DNA of 64,000 nucleotides from an uncultured Verrucomicrobiae bacterium (GTDB lineage Bacteria; Chlamydiota; Chlamydiia; Chlamydiales; Rhabdochlamydiaceae): NCBI GenBank assembly GCA_963806855.1, contig CAWDYW010000001.1, positions 960,001 to 1,024,000 of the forward strand, read 5' to 3'. Shown piece by piece: positions 50,290 to 59,390 of this stretch (position 1 is its first letter; each line of letters starts with the position of its first letter). The notes under the pieces were generated by a model. It saw only the letters and a program-made list of their open reading frames with translations, ran no database searches and was not told where the DNA came from. The position numbers and the translations under genes were made by a program.

Positions 50290-51031
50290 AAATAAAACTG
50301 TCCTGATCACTGGCGGAACAGCCGGTATTGGAAAACAGATTGCCCTCACCTTTGCAGAGCAGGGGGCGAGTGTCGCAATTTTTGGGACCAATCCCGAGCG
50401 TGCCCAGAGTGTTCTCAATGAACTCAACGCAAAAAAAGTTTACGAAGAGCAGCGCTTTTTAGCCGAGATCGTCAATGTCTCGAAAAAAGAGACCGTCGAA
50501 GCTGCAATCAAAGATATTCTTGATAAATGGGGCCAAATCGACGTGCTCATCAATAACGCCGGAATTACCCGTGATGGCCTACTGATGAAAATGTCTGAAG
50601 AAAACTGGGACGAAGTGATGGCCGTCAATCTCAAATCGGTCTTTAACACCTGCCAAGCACTCGTGCGGCCGATGCTGAAGGCAAAAACTGGTAAAATCAT
50701 CAATATTTCCTCTGTCGTTGGCTTGACAGGAAATGCTGGGCAAGTGAATTATGCTGCTTCAAAGTCTGGAGTCATCGGCTTTACGAAGTCACTTGCACAG
50801 GAACTTGCATCCCGTGGGATTACGGTCAATTGCATTGCCCCCGGGTTTATTGGGACTCAGATGACCGACGTCTTGACTGAAGCGCAAAAAGAGGGTATTC
50901 TTAAAAAGATTCCGATGGGAAGAATTGGGAATCCTGAAGAGATAGCCCGTGTTGCACTTTTTTTAGCAAGCGACATGTCGACTTATATGACGGGTCAAGT
51001 GCTCACAGTTGATGGCGGAATGGTAATGTAA
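50273..51031 (+). CDS. fabG: 3-oxoacyl-ACP reductase
   Basis: TGGTAGIG, NNAGITRD, YAASK, VDGGM. Confidence 0.96.
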   Translation: MHQLLKNKTVLITGGTAGIGKQIALTFAEQGASVAIFGTNPERAQSVLNELNAKKVYEEQRFLAEIVNVSKKETVEAAIKDILDKWGQIDVLINNAGITRDGLLMKMSEENWDEVMAVNLKSVFNTCQALVRPMLKAKTGKIINISSVVGLTGNAGQVNYAASKSGVIGFTKSLAQELASRGITVNCIAPGFIGTQMTDVLTEAQKEGILKKIPMGRIGNPEEIARVALFLASDMSTYMTGQVLTVDGGMVM

Positions 51032-51079
51032 ATTTTTAAACAAACCTAAGAGGGTATAATGGATACAAAGGACAATCTA

Positions 51080-51313
51080 ATGTCGGTTGAAAAAGAAGTA
51101 ATTGATATCGTGGTGGAGCAACTTGGAGTTGACGCAGCAGATGTGACTCCAGAGAAGTCATTCGTCGAAGATCTCAATGCTGATTCACTCGATCTTACAG
51201 AGTTAATCATGACCTTCGAAGAGCGTTTTGGCTTCGAAATCTCAGAAGAAGATGCTGAGAAGCTGAAGACGATCAACGATGTGATCGAGTACATTCAGCG
51301 CAAAAAAGGCTAG
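51080..51313 (+). CDS. acpP: Acyl carrier protein
   Basis: [19 protein letters not shown] before ATG 51080. Confidence 0.96.
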   Translation: MSVEKEVIDIVVEQLGVDAADVTPEKSFVEDLNADSLDLTELIMTFEERFGFEISEEDAEKLKTINDVIEYIQRKKG

Positions 51314-51325
51314 TTCAACATAAAG

Positions 51326-51386
51326 ACGCAAAGGGGCGAAGCCGCAAGGAAAAAATCATTTTCTTTGTGGCTTTGCCCCTTTGCGT
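51326..51386. repeat. CGCAAAG-type REP-like hairpin / bidirectional terminator
   Basis: ACGCAAAGGGGCGAAGCCGCAAGGAAAA / TTTTCTTTGTGGCTTTGCCCCTTTGCGT between convergent genes. Confidence 0.75.
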
Positions 51387-51890
51387 TTATTTTTGCAGCA
51401 ATTGGTTGCAGATGTATACGGTCATAAACGTGGCGAATATGCTGGACGGATAGATCGTCCATTTTTTCTTATTCATCAAGTCATAGGCGATTACGGTCAT
51501 CCCGAGAGCGAAAAATGTCCCCAATGCATATTCAGACACATTCTCACTTACCACAGGGGAGAAATTTCTGCTTAAAAATGTTGAGAAAGTATCAGAGAGA
51601 TTGGCGGATGGTTCGGAAAGTGCTCTAGTAAGTCTCACTATATTAGCCATTCCACAGGCGTAACAACTGACTCCTGCAGCTATAAAACTAGTATAAAAAA
51701 TAGTTCCTCCGATTAATGAATTTGACTCTGAAGTCCGTTCAATGACAGGAGTGAGAGCAAGCGTTGTCGAAAAAAGAGCTACACTCGTGAGCGCCGATTG
51801 ATTGACAATGAGGTCATAACTAAAATTTTTAAATGAATCGAAGGCTGCTCTTGCAGTGAAATTTCCAGCTTGATTAATTAAGTCGTACAT
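51387..51890 (-). CDS. AT-rich hypothetical membrane protein
   Basis: 167-aa ORF, several hydrophobic stretches, AAGGAG SD and TATAAT upstream. Confidence 0.65.
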   Translation of the reverse strand: MYDLINQAGNFTARAAFDSFKNFSYDLIVNQSALTSVALFSTTLALTPVIERTSESNSLIGGTIFYTSFIAAGVSCYACGMANIVRLTRALSEPSANLSDTFSTFLSRNFSPVVSENVSEYALGTFFALGMTVIAYDLMNKKKWTIYPSSIFATFMTVYICNQLLQK

Positions 51891-51939
51891 AAAACTCCTT
51901 TGTTCAGTGAATATTATATAAGGTTCAATTAATTAAATC

Positions 51940-52337
51940 AAAAGGATTTGACTTCGACCCATAGATTGGTCAACTGCCGGGGCACTTGCAAAGTATTTCG
52001 AGGCATAAAGCAAAAAAACGATTTGAACGATATAACGATATGAATGATAGGAATTTTTTTTCATCATTCTTATCATTGTATCGTTCACATCATTGTGCCT
52101 GGTTCTTGTGCCTTTGTCGTTTAAAAAGATTTGACTTCGACCCACAGATCGGTCAACTGCCAGGGCACTTGCAAAGTATTTCGAGGCATAAAGCAAAAAA
52201 ACGATTTGAACGATACAATGATATGAATGATAGGAATTTTTTTTCATCATTCTTATCATTGTATCGTTCAAATCATTGTGCCTGGTTCTTGTGCCTCTGT
52301 CGTTTAAAAAGACTTGACTTCGACCCACAGATCGGTC
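51940..52337. repeat. 183-bp tandem repeat (2 full units plus partial): potD 3' end copy alternating with a hairpin module
   Basis: GACTTCGACCC at 51950, 52133, 52316; each unit holds the inverted repeat GATTTGAACGATACAATGATA..TATCATTGTATCGTTCAAATC. Confidence 0.92.
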
Positions 52338-53377
52338 ATCCGCTGGACAGGCATAATATTCTTGAAGAATTGGATCTTTTTGGGGTCTCTAGTGATATCT
52401 TGGAGCATTTTTTTTTCATAGTCCTCGAGGTCAAGGGCTTGGATTGACTCCAGAGTGGCAGGGAAAATGTAGTAGTTCTCATAGGCGATCATGAGGGCCT
52501 GTTTCGAATAGACATAGTTGAGGAATTTATAGACAAATTCCTCTTTGGTACTGGCGGCGGGGATGCAGAGGTTCTCGATCGTGATAAAAGTTCCCTCTTC
52601 TGGGACGACAAAGTTAATGGATGGGAAAAGAGGTCTGATTCTCTTGATGTAGGTGCTAGTGGAGAGGCCGACTGGACAATTGCCGGTGGCGATGAAGTAA
52701 TCGGCCCGAAAGTCGGAATAGGCCTCGACCCATTCGCGCTGGAGGAAGAGGAGATCCCGCACTTGCTGAAATTGCTCTTCGGTGAGGTCTTTTTGGGCTG
52801 TTCCAAAGAGGTATAAAGAGGCATGGGAGACCGCTTCGCCGGGATGGTTGCTCACAGCAATTTTGTAGTCAATTACGCTGGGATCGTAGATGGCACGCCA
52901 GCTTGGTCGAAAACTCCCTTTAAAAAAGCGCTCATCGACGCCAAGCCCATAGACTTCCCAACCAAAAGGAATCGAATAACGGCTCCCAGGATCAAATTCG
53001 GTATTCAGTAGAATTGGATTGAGATTCTTCCAAAAATGCAGTTTGCGGTGGTCGAGGGTTTTAAGCAACTGGTCTTGAATCATCAATTCGACATTGTATC
53101 CAGAGGGCATCACCAGATCGTACCCTTTGCCGCGGGTCGCTTTCATTTTCACCAGCAACTCTTCGTTGGAGGCATAATAGCTGAGGTTGACTTTGATGCC
53201 GGTCTCCCGTTCAAACCCTTTCAAGACGATCGGATGGAGGGTGTCGCCCCAGGTAAAGACGTTAATGCTCTTCTCTTCGTACGGGAGGATTTTCCAGCCA
53301 GGGAAATAAAGGGCGAAGGAGATCAGCAATATCCAGAAGGCGAAGATGAGGGTGCGTGTAAAGACTTTTCCCATCAT
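52304..53377 (-). CDS. potD: Spermidine/putrescine ABC substrate-binding protein
   Basis: INVFTWGD, FERETGIKV, SNEELLVKM, YDLVMPS. Confidence 0.9.
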   Translation of the reverse strand: MMGKVFTRTLIFAFWILLISFALYFPGWKILPYEEKSINVFTWGDTLHPIVLKGFERETGIKVNLSYYASNEELLVKMKATRGKGYDLVMPSGYNVELMIQDQLLKTLDHRKLHFWKNLNPILLNTEFDPGSRYSIPFGWEVYGLGVDERFFKGSFRPSWRAIYDPSVIDYKIAVSNHPGEAVSHASLYLFGTAQKDLTEEQFQQVRDLLFLQREWVEAYSDFRADYFIATGNCPVGLSTSTYIKRIRPLFPSINFVVPEEGTFITIENLCIPAASTKEEFVYKFLNYVYSKQALMIAYENYYIFPATLESIQALDLEDYEKKMLQDITRDPKKIQFFKNIMPVQRMTDLWVEVKSF

Positions 53378-54159
53378 AGGAACCGCACCTTGGTTTTAAG
53401 TGAAAAGAACATCAAAACGAGAAATGAACTCAAAACGAGGAGGATCGCCGAGAGGGCGTTGACGACAGGGGAGACGCCTGTTCTAATCATCGACAAAATG
53501 TAGAGGGAGAGGGTTTGAGCCGTGCTTCCGGCGCAGAAATAGGAGAGGACAAAATCGTCGAACGAGAGGATGAAGATGAGCAGCGCCGTGGTGATCAGGG
53601 TTGGTCTGAGCATGGGAAGGGTCACTTTAAAGAAGGTCTGCAGCGGGGTGGCTCCAAGGTCGAGCGAGGCTTCGGTTAGGGTGTAATCGAGATCGCAGAA
53701 GCGGGCATAGATGATCGGGACGGTGAAGCCGAGGCCCAGGACCGTATGGGCAAGGATTAGGGTGGTGAGGCCAAGGGGGATGTCGATTAGGATGAAGAAG
53801 GAGAGGAGGCTGACGGCAAGCACCGTTTCGGGGATGATTAGGTTGCCGTAAAACATCCCGAGCATTTTGCCAATGCGGCCCCCTTGTGCGGCGTAAAAGA
53901 CAATTCCAACTCCAGCGACGAGGCTGATCAAGGTTGAGAAGGTAGCGACAATGAGGGAGTTGCCAAAGGCCTTCCATAGATAGATCGAGCTAAAGAGTTC
54001 ATGGTACCACTTGAAGGTGAATCCGCTCCAAGGTGCAGGGAAATGCTCGGTGTTAAAAGAGAAAACCAGCAGGACAAAAATAGGGACGTACAGAAAGAGA
54101 TAGATCGCTGCGACGATCGCCAAGGTGGTCGCTCTACCCGCGGATTTGCGTCTATCCAC
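53374..54159 (-). CDS. potC: Spermidine/putrescine ABC permease
   Basis: FLYVPI..FSFN, EASLDLGA, LSFDDF; likely GTG start 54159. Confidence 0.9.
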   Translation of the reverse strand: MDRRKSAGRATTLAIVAAIYLFLYVPIFVLLVFSFNTEHFPAPWSGFTFKWYHELFSSIYLWKAFGNSLIVATFSTLISLVAGVGIVFYAAQGGRIGKMLGMFYGNLIIPETVLAVSLLSFFILIDIPLGLTTLILAHTVLGLGFTVPIIYARFCDLDYTLTEASLDLGATPLQTFFKVTLPMLRPTLITTALLIFILSFDDFVLSYFCAGSTAQTLSLYILSMIRTGVSPVVNALSAILLVLSSFLVLMFFSLKTKVRFL

Positions 54160-55030
54160 GGTACATCCTTGGTTGGAAAAGTTTATTGATAGCGAAATAG
54201 AGAACAACAGCGCTGCAAATCAGGACGAGACCGCTGAGAAGGGTAAAAGCAGCCCCTAGAGATCCAGTCCCTTCACCGAGAATGTATTGAGAGACGACCG
54301 TCCCGACGAACATTTTTTTATCGCCTCCCATCAGCTCTGGGATCACGAACTCTCCGAAGGAGGGGATAAAGACCAGGAAAAAGCCGGCCCGGATTCCTGT
54401 GCTGCTCAGTGGGAATAAAATGCGCCGGATGGTCGAGAAAAAGCTTCCCCCGAGGACATAGGAGGCTTCGATCAAGCGGTAGTTAAAACGCTCCAATGAG
54501 GTGTAGATGGGGAGAACCATAAAGGGGAGGTAGTAGTAAACCATCATGATCATGATCGCAGGGATAGAGTTGAGTAGATGGAGGGGCTCATTGATGATCC
54601 CCAATTTGAGGAGCATATTGTTGAGGAACCCGTGTCGCTCGAGAACATAAAACCAGGCGTAAACGTGAAGGAGAAAGTTAGTCCAAAAGGGGACTATAAG
54701 GAAGAACAGAAAGATATTTTTGAATCGTTTACTGATAAAAGCTAGAAAGTAGGCCAAAGGGAAGGCGATCAAGAAACAGAGAATGGCATTGGTGAGTGCC
54801 AGAGTTAAAGAGGCCAAAATGACCTTGAAATAGGTCATAGTCAGGAAGAGTTGAATATGAGAAAAGGTGAACCCTTTAAATTCGCCGAGTTCAGTGACTT
54901 CCATGAAGCTGGAGACGACAATAAAAAGGAGGGGGACGTAAAAAAAGAGGATTTGCCAAAGCAGAGCTGGAGCGCCAGCCGCGAAGGGGAGTTCGGTGCG
55001 TCGGGATTTGGAATTTAAGTTAAGCCTCAT
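54152..55030 (-). CDS. potB: Spermidine/putrescine ABC permease
   Basis: VPFWTN, YLPFMVLPIY, LIEASYVLG, VFIPSFG. Confidence 0.9.
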   Translation of the reverse strand: MRLNLNSKSRRTELPFAAGAPALLWQILFFYVPLLFIVVSSFMEVTELGEFKGFTFSHIQLFLTMTYFKVILASLTLALTNAILCFLIAFPLAYFLAFISKRFKNIFLFFLIVPFWTNFLLHVYAWFYVLERHGFLNNMLLKLGIINEPLHLLNSIPAIMIMMVYYYLPFMVLPIYTSLERFNYRLIEASYVLGGSFFSTIRRILFPLSSTGIRAGFFLVFIPSFGEFVIPELMGGDKKMFVGTVVSQYILGEGTGSLGAAFTLLSGLVLICSAVVLYFAINKLFQPRMYRG

Positions 55031-56118
55031 TTCTCCAGTAGAACTGCATTTTCCTTTTGCCAGTAGAGATAAACAGAATCGTCATAGTCGATATCCTCGT
55101 GCGGGAAGTGCTCTTCGTTTTGTTCAAAGACCTGCACCTTCATCTCATTTTCGAGCATCACATTGTATTGGGTCGATCTGCCGTGGTAGACGATCGAGTG
55201 GACAATTCCTTTAATTTGATTCGAGAAGTTTTTCGCCTCTTTCTTAGAGATGAAAATTTTCTCTGGGCGGATACTCATGATTGCATCGTAACCCTCTTTC
55301 ATCCATCCTCTCATTTTCGGGGCATAAATCTTAAAATGGCCAAGATCGGGGATTTCGATCTCAGGTTCCCCATCGAGCTCGCGCAATTTCCCGTGGAAAA
55401 TATTCGTTGTTCCGACGAAGCGAGCGACAAAGGAGGTGTGGGGGAATTCGTAGATCTCTTTTGGAGTTCCTAATTGCTCGATCTCTCCATGGTGATTCAT
55501 AATCGCCATCTTATCGGCAACCGTGAGCGCCTCAAATTGGTCGTGGGTGACGTAGATGAAGGTGGTTTTGAGCTCATCTTGCCATTCGATGAGTTCGATG
55601 AGCATTTTTTCGCGCAATTTGAAATCGAGAGCAGCGAGCGGTTCGTCGAGCAGAAGCAGATCAGGCTCATTGACGATCGCCCTTGCCAGCGCCACCCGTT
55701 GCTGCTGTCCTCCAGAGAGCTGGCTCGGAAGCTTATACATATGGGATTCGATATTGAAGGCATCGAGGATCTTAAAGACCTTCTGGATGATCATCTCTTT
55801 TGGGATCTTTTTCAGTCGCAAGCTATAGGCAATATTTTCAAAGACGTTGAGATGAGGGAAGAGAGCATAGTTTTGGAAGACGATGTTAATCGGACGCTCA
55901 TTGATCGGCTTACGGGTGATGTCGTCATCTCCCAAAAAGATTTTCCCCTCATCAGCCGTCTCTAGACCGGCGATCAACCTCAGCAGAGTTGTCTTGCCGC
56001 AGCCGCTTGGTCCAAGGAGGGCAAAAAACTTGCCGCTTGGAATGACCAGATCCATTTTTGGGAGGACCAGCTGCCCCTGAATTGACTTGGATAAACCGAC
56101 GATCTTAAGATGACTCAT
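55027..56118 (-). CDS. potA: Spermidine/putrescine ABC ATPase
   Basis: GPSGCGKTT, VFQNYALFPH, LSGGQQQR, YVTHDQ. Confidence 0.92.
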   Translation of the reverse strand: MSHLKIVGLSKSIQGQLVLPKMDLVIPSGKFFALLGPSGCGKTTLLRLIAGLETADEGKIFLGDDDITRKPINERPINIVFQNYALFPHLNVFENIAYSLRLKKIPKEMIIQKVFKILDAFNIESHMYKLPSQLSGGQQQRVALARAIVNEPDLLLLDEPLAALDFKLREKMLIELIEWQDELKTTFIYVTHDQFEALTVADKMAIMNHHGEIEQLGTPKEIYEFPHTSFVARFVGTTNIFHGKLRELDGEPEIEIPDLGHFKIYAPKMRGWMKEGYDAIMSIRPEKIFISKKEAKNFSNQIKGIVHSIVYHGRSTQYNVMLENEMKVQVFEQNEEHFPHEDIDYDDSVYLYWQKENAVLLEK

Positions 56119-56282
56119 AGACCCCACGTGGCCAAAATTTTGAATTTGGACCCACGCGAAAGCTCTCGGGGTTGAAGCTGGGAAAGAGGGTCAATATTAA
56201 ATCAATATTAACCCTCTTTCGCAGCTTCAACCGCGAGGCTTTGGCGCGGTCCAAATTCAAAATTTTGGCCACGCGGGGTCCT
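56118..56282. mobile_element. Palindromic MITE/RPE-like element abutting the potA start codon
   Basis: 33-bp TIR with one mismatch (56120-56152 / 56248-56280); core AAAGC..CGGGGTTGA / TCAACCGCG..GCTTT shared with 17374-17544. Confidence 0.85.
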
Positions 56283-56367
56283 CGACCTCGAATTATACGG
56301 TTTTTTGACATTTTCCTGGAACTTATACCTCATTTTTCGGTAAAACTATTACTTTTGATCGGAAGGT

Positions 56368-57327
56368 ATGAACATGCAAAAGAGAAAATTAGTCATCATC
56401 GGCTCTGGACCTGCAGGCTATACAGCTGCGATCTATGCTTCCCGGGCAAATTTAGAGCCGCTCCTCTTCGAAGGTTTTTTTGCCGGGCCAGCTGGGGGGC
56501 AACTCATGACGACGACCGAAGTAGAAAATTATCCTGGCTTTCCTGAAGGGATCGAAGGACCAGAATTTATGTCCCGTTGCCGCAAACAGGCCGAACGGTT
56601 CGGGACAGAAATCTTGACCGAAGATGTCAAAACGGTCGATCTTTCTGCCCGCCCCTTCAAAGTCATCGGGAGTAAGACCCAAGTCGAGGCCGAAGCGCTC
56701 ATCATCGCCACAGGGGCCACCGCTAAGCGGCTCGACATCGAAGGGACCCGTGAGGGAGAGTTTTGGCAAAAAGGGGTGACCGCCTGCGCCGTCTGCGATG
56801 GCGCCGCTCCGATTTTCCGCAATCAAGATCTCTTTGTGATCGGCGGAGGAGATAGCGCCTGCGAGGAGGCTATTTTCCTTACCAAGTTTGGGAAAAAAGT
56901 CTTTATCGTCCATCGACGCGACGAGCTGCGTGCCTCAAAAATCATGGCCGAGCGGGCCATCAAGCACCCCAAAATTGAAGTGCTTTGGGACAATGTCATC
57001 GTCAAAGTGGAAGGAGACAATATTGTTCGAGCTGTCACCCTCAAGCATGTCAAAACAGGAAAAGAGGAAAAACGGGTCGCGGGCGGCGTCTTCTTTGCAA
57101 TTGGCTTTAACCCCAACACCGATTTTCTGAAGGGGCAACTTGAATTAGAAGAAAATCGTTACCTCAAAGTAACCCCCGGTTCGACAACGACCAGCGTCGA
57201 AGGGGTATTTGCAGCAGGGGACGTCTGCGACCACATCTATCGACAGGCCGTTTCAGCTGCAGGAAGCGGTTGCATGGCTGCGCTCGACGCCGAGCGGTGG
57301 CTAAGTGCAAAAGGGCTCATTGATTAA
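56368..57327 (+). CDS. trxB: Thioredoxin reductase
   Basis: [34 protein letters not shown]. Confidence 0.97.
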   Translation: MNMQKRKLVIIGSGPAGYTAAIYASRANLEPLLFEGFFAGPAGGQLMTTTEVENYPGFPEGIEGPEFMSRCRKQAERFGTEILTEDVKTVDLSARPFKVIGSKTQVEAEALIIATGATAKRLDIEGTREGEFWQKGVTACAVCDGAAPIFRNQDLFVIGGGDSACEEAIFLTKFGKKVFIVHRRDELRASKIMAERAIKHPKIEVLWDNVIVKVEGDNIVRAVTLKHVKTGKEEKRVAGGVFFAIGFNPNTDFLKGQLELEENRYLKVTPGSTTTSVEGVFAAGDVCDHIYRQAVSAAGSGCMAALDAERWLSAKGLID

Positions 57328-58139
57328 TGAAGATCATTGCGCTCCTCGCACTTTCTTTGCCTCAAATTTGCTTCGCTCTGGAAGAGGCGCCGTGGTATGG
57401 CGAGGTCTTCGAATTCAACTTCCTGGCTAACTACGAATATAATTTCTTCAAAAAGGTAAGCCATGGCCATCCACAGCGCCATTCGACCTATAACACCAAC
57501 GTCTTTGGAGCTGCATTAGATCTCACCGCCCCCGATACATGGAATTGGGAAGCTGAAATCGAATTTGCCAATACGACCAATGTTTCAACAGGATATCGAA
57601 GCTTTGCCCTGCAGGTGCGCAAGCTGTGGCTCGACGATGTCGCCTGCGATCCGATCAGCTTATCGACCGGTTTTGTTTATCGCGACGCCTCAACCCATCT
57701 TCGAAAAGCGCTCAGCACCCCCTACCATGCACGGGCCAATTTTGAATTTCACACCGCCATCGGAAAAGAGTGGAGCCGCTGCTACTATTGGTTTTTTCGC
57801 ACCTATGCTGTAGCAGCAATTGGACAAGGGACAAAAGGGAGCCCATGGCTAAGAGCCGATCTCTGTCTCTGGTGGAACATCGAGGATTGTCACCAGTTCT
57901 ATCTTTATGGAAGAAGCTATTTTGGTCTGGGTAGTAGGACGGAGGTGCCTTTAGATGATTTTCACGGCTGGTCTCATATTGGACACCAAAGCATCGATCT
58001 GGGGATCAGCTATCGCCGCTTTTTTGGGATCTATGGGAATTTGCGGTTTGACTATCTGTATCGAGTGTATGCCAGGAGCTATCCCGAGCGGGTGAACTTC
58101 TTCCTCTTCACCTACGAACTGCCCTTCTCTTGTTTTTAG
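57327..58139 (+). CDS. Putative outer-membrane beta-barrel hypothetical protein
   Basis: Signal peptide, aromatic amphipathic strands, ends YELPFSCF. Confidence 0.6.
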   Translation: MKIIALLALSLPQICFALEEAPWYGEVFEFNFLANYEYNFFKKVSHGHPQRHSTYNTNVFGAALDLTAPDTWNWEAEIEFANTTNVSTGYRSFALQVRKLWLDDVACDPISLSTGFVYRDASTHLRKALSTPYHARANFEFHTAIGKEWSRCYYWFFRTYAVAAIGQGTKGSPWLRADLCLWWNIEDCHQFYLYGRSYFGLGSRTEVPLDDFHGWSHIGHQSIDLGISYRRFFGIYGNLRFDYLYRVYARSYPERVNFFLFTYELPFSCF

Positions 58140-58154
58140 TTAAATTGATGGCAG

Positions 58155-59147
58155 TTAAAAATACTCAATATACTGAAACGATTCTGCACTATATACTGTA
58201 AAATTATCATAGAAATGTATAAAATATTCTACACCATTGATTCGATCAATTGAAAAATAATTTGCAGTGAAAATTACAATTCCATTTTGACAAACTCTTT
58301 GTTCTGCAAATCCATCCATAATTATCTGCATATTGTCATTGTAATATCCAACATAACTAAATTCGCCGTCAAAAACATTTAATGCATGGACGGTCGTTGT
58401 GTTTAATTTTTGTGGATTGTTTTCAACTAAACTTGCTTCTGATTTTTGTGAAATTTGGTTAGTTCGAACATTTAATTCTTCCGTTCTCTTTTTAAAAGCA
58501 GAGTCTATTTGCCATTTCGTTTGGAGCACCTGCATTTGCCCTATCATCTGATTTCCACGAATCATCCCCATTAGCAAATGGCCGCCAGCTTCTAGATAAT
58601 TCCCTTTCCGATATTCAGCAGCGGAATGGGAGAGGCCGATTAAGACCTGCATTGCCAATGAAGCGATCGCTATTTCAAGCCCACCATGCAAAATGAGTGC
58701 AAGATATAGGGTGTTATTCATTAAGTTTGCAGTACTTCCTGCTGCACCTTGGAAATCACCTGCAAAAAGATTTTGTCCTATAGAGAAACTATTCAATGCA
58801 CAGTCATGCACTGTTGTTACGAGCATCCCTAATGGATGTGCTAAAATAGTTGCAGACAAAGCAAGAATTGAAAGCACAGTCTGTAGAACTGCATAAGAAC
58901 TTTCCTTCAGATCTCCATTTCCACCTAAAAGTTGCGAAAGGGACGCAAATGAACGAAGCCCGCCAAGTGTTAGGGAAAGAGGAAAACTAAATGGCTTATA
59001 TAAACTCAAGAAAGGCAAAGCTAATGTTGTAATCCGCTTGCATTGGTCGAAATAGTAGTTCCCAGATTCTTTCAGTGGAATGTCATGCTGATATTCCCTA
59101 TGAAAATACTCTGGTTCTGAAATTTTAAGATTTGCTTCAATATTCAT
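58155..59147 (-). CDS. Hypothetical protein sharing the hydrophobic N-terminal domain of 40091-42151, unrelated C-terminus
   Basis: ALPFLSLYKPF and LYLAL..GGLE blocks match; AT-rich. Confidence 0.7.
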   Translation of the reverse strand: MNIEANLKISEPEYFHREYQHDIPLKESGNYYFDQCKRITTLALPFLSLYKPFSFPLSLTLGGLRSFASLSQLLGGNGDLKESSYAVLQTVLSILALSATILAHPLGMLVTTVHDCALNSFSIGQNLFAGDFQGAAGSTANLMNNTLYLALILHGGLEIAIASLAMQVLIGLSHSAAEYRKGNYLEAGGHLLMGMIRGNQMIGQMQVLQTKWQIDSAFKKRTEELNVRTNQISQKSEASLVENNPQKLNTTTVHALNVFDGEFSYVGYYNDNMQIIMDGFAEQRVCQNGIVIFTANYFSIDRINGVEYFIHFYDNFTVYSAESFQYIEYF

Positions 59148-59390
59148 ATTTTTTTCTATTTTAATTAAATTATTGCGTGGAATTATAGTAAAAACTCAGA
59201 TTATTTTCAATTGTCATAATTAATTTTGTTAAGAATTTCTTGCTTAATAAATTGGATATAAAAAGATTTACCAACACAGAGGCTGAAAAATGGCGGCCGC
59301 TGTGGTGATATTTTTTTGAATTTTCAACAACTTTATTCTTTACAAAATCTTTTTTATTATTTACTCTCTCATTTTTTAAAGAGATGACAT

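Noticed and set aside
51940..52337. 33-bp repeats as a CRISPR array, or ORFs 51933-52328 and 51986-52447 as genes
   Set aside because: Intervening 150-bp segments are near-identical and the repeat is the potD 3' end; the ORFs follow from the 183-nt (61-codon) period and lack convincing starts.
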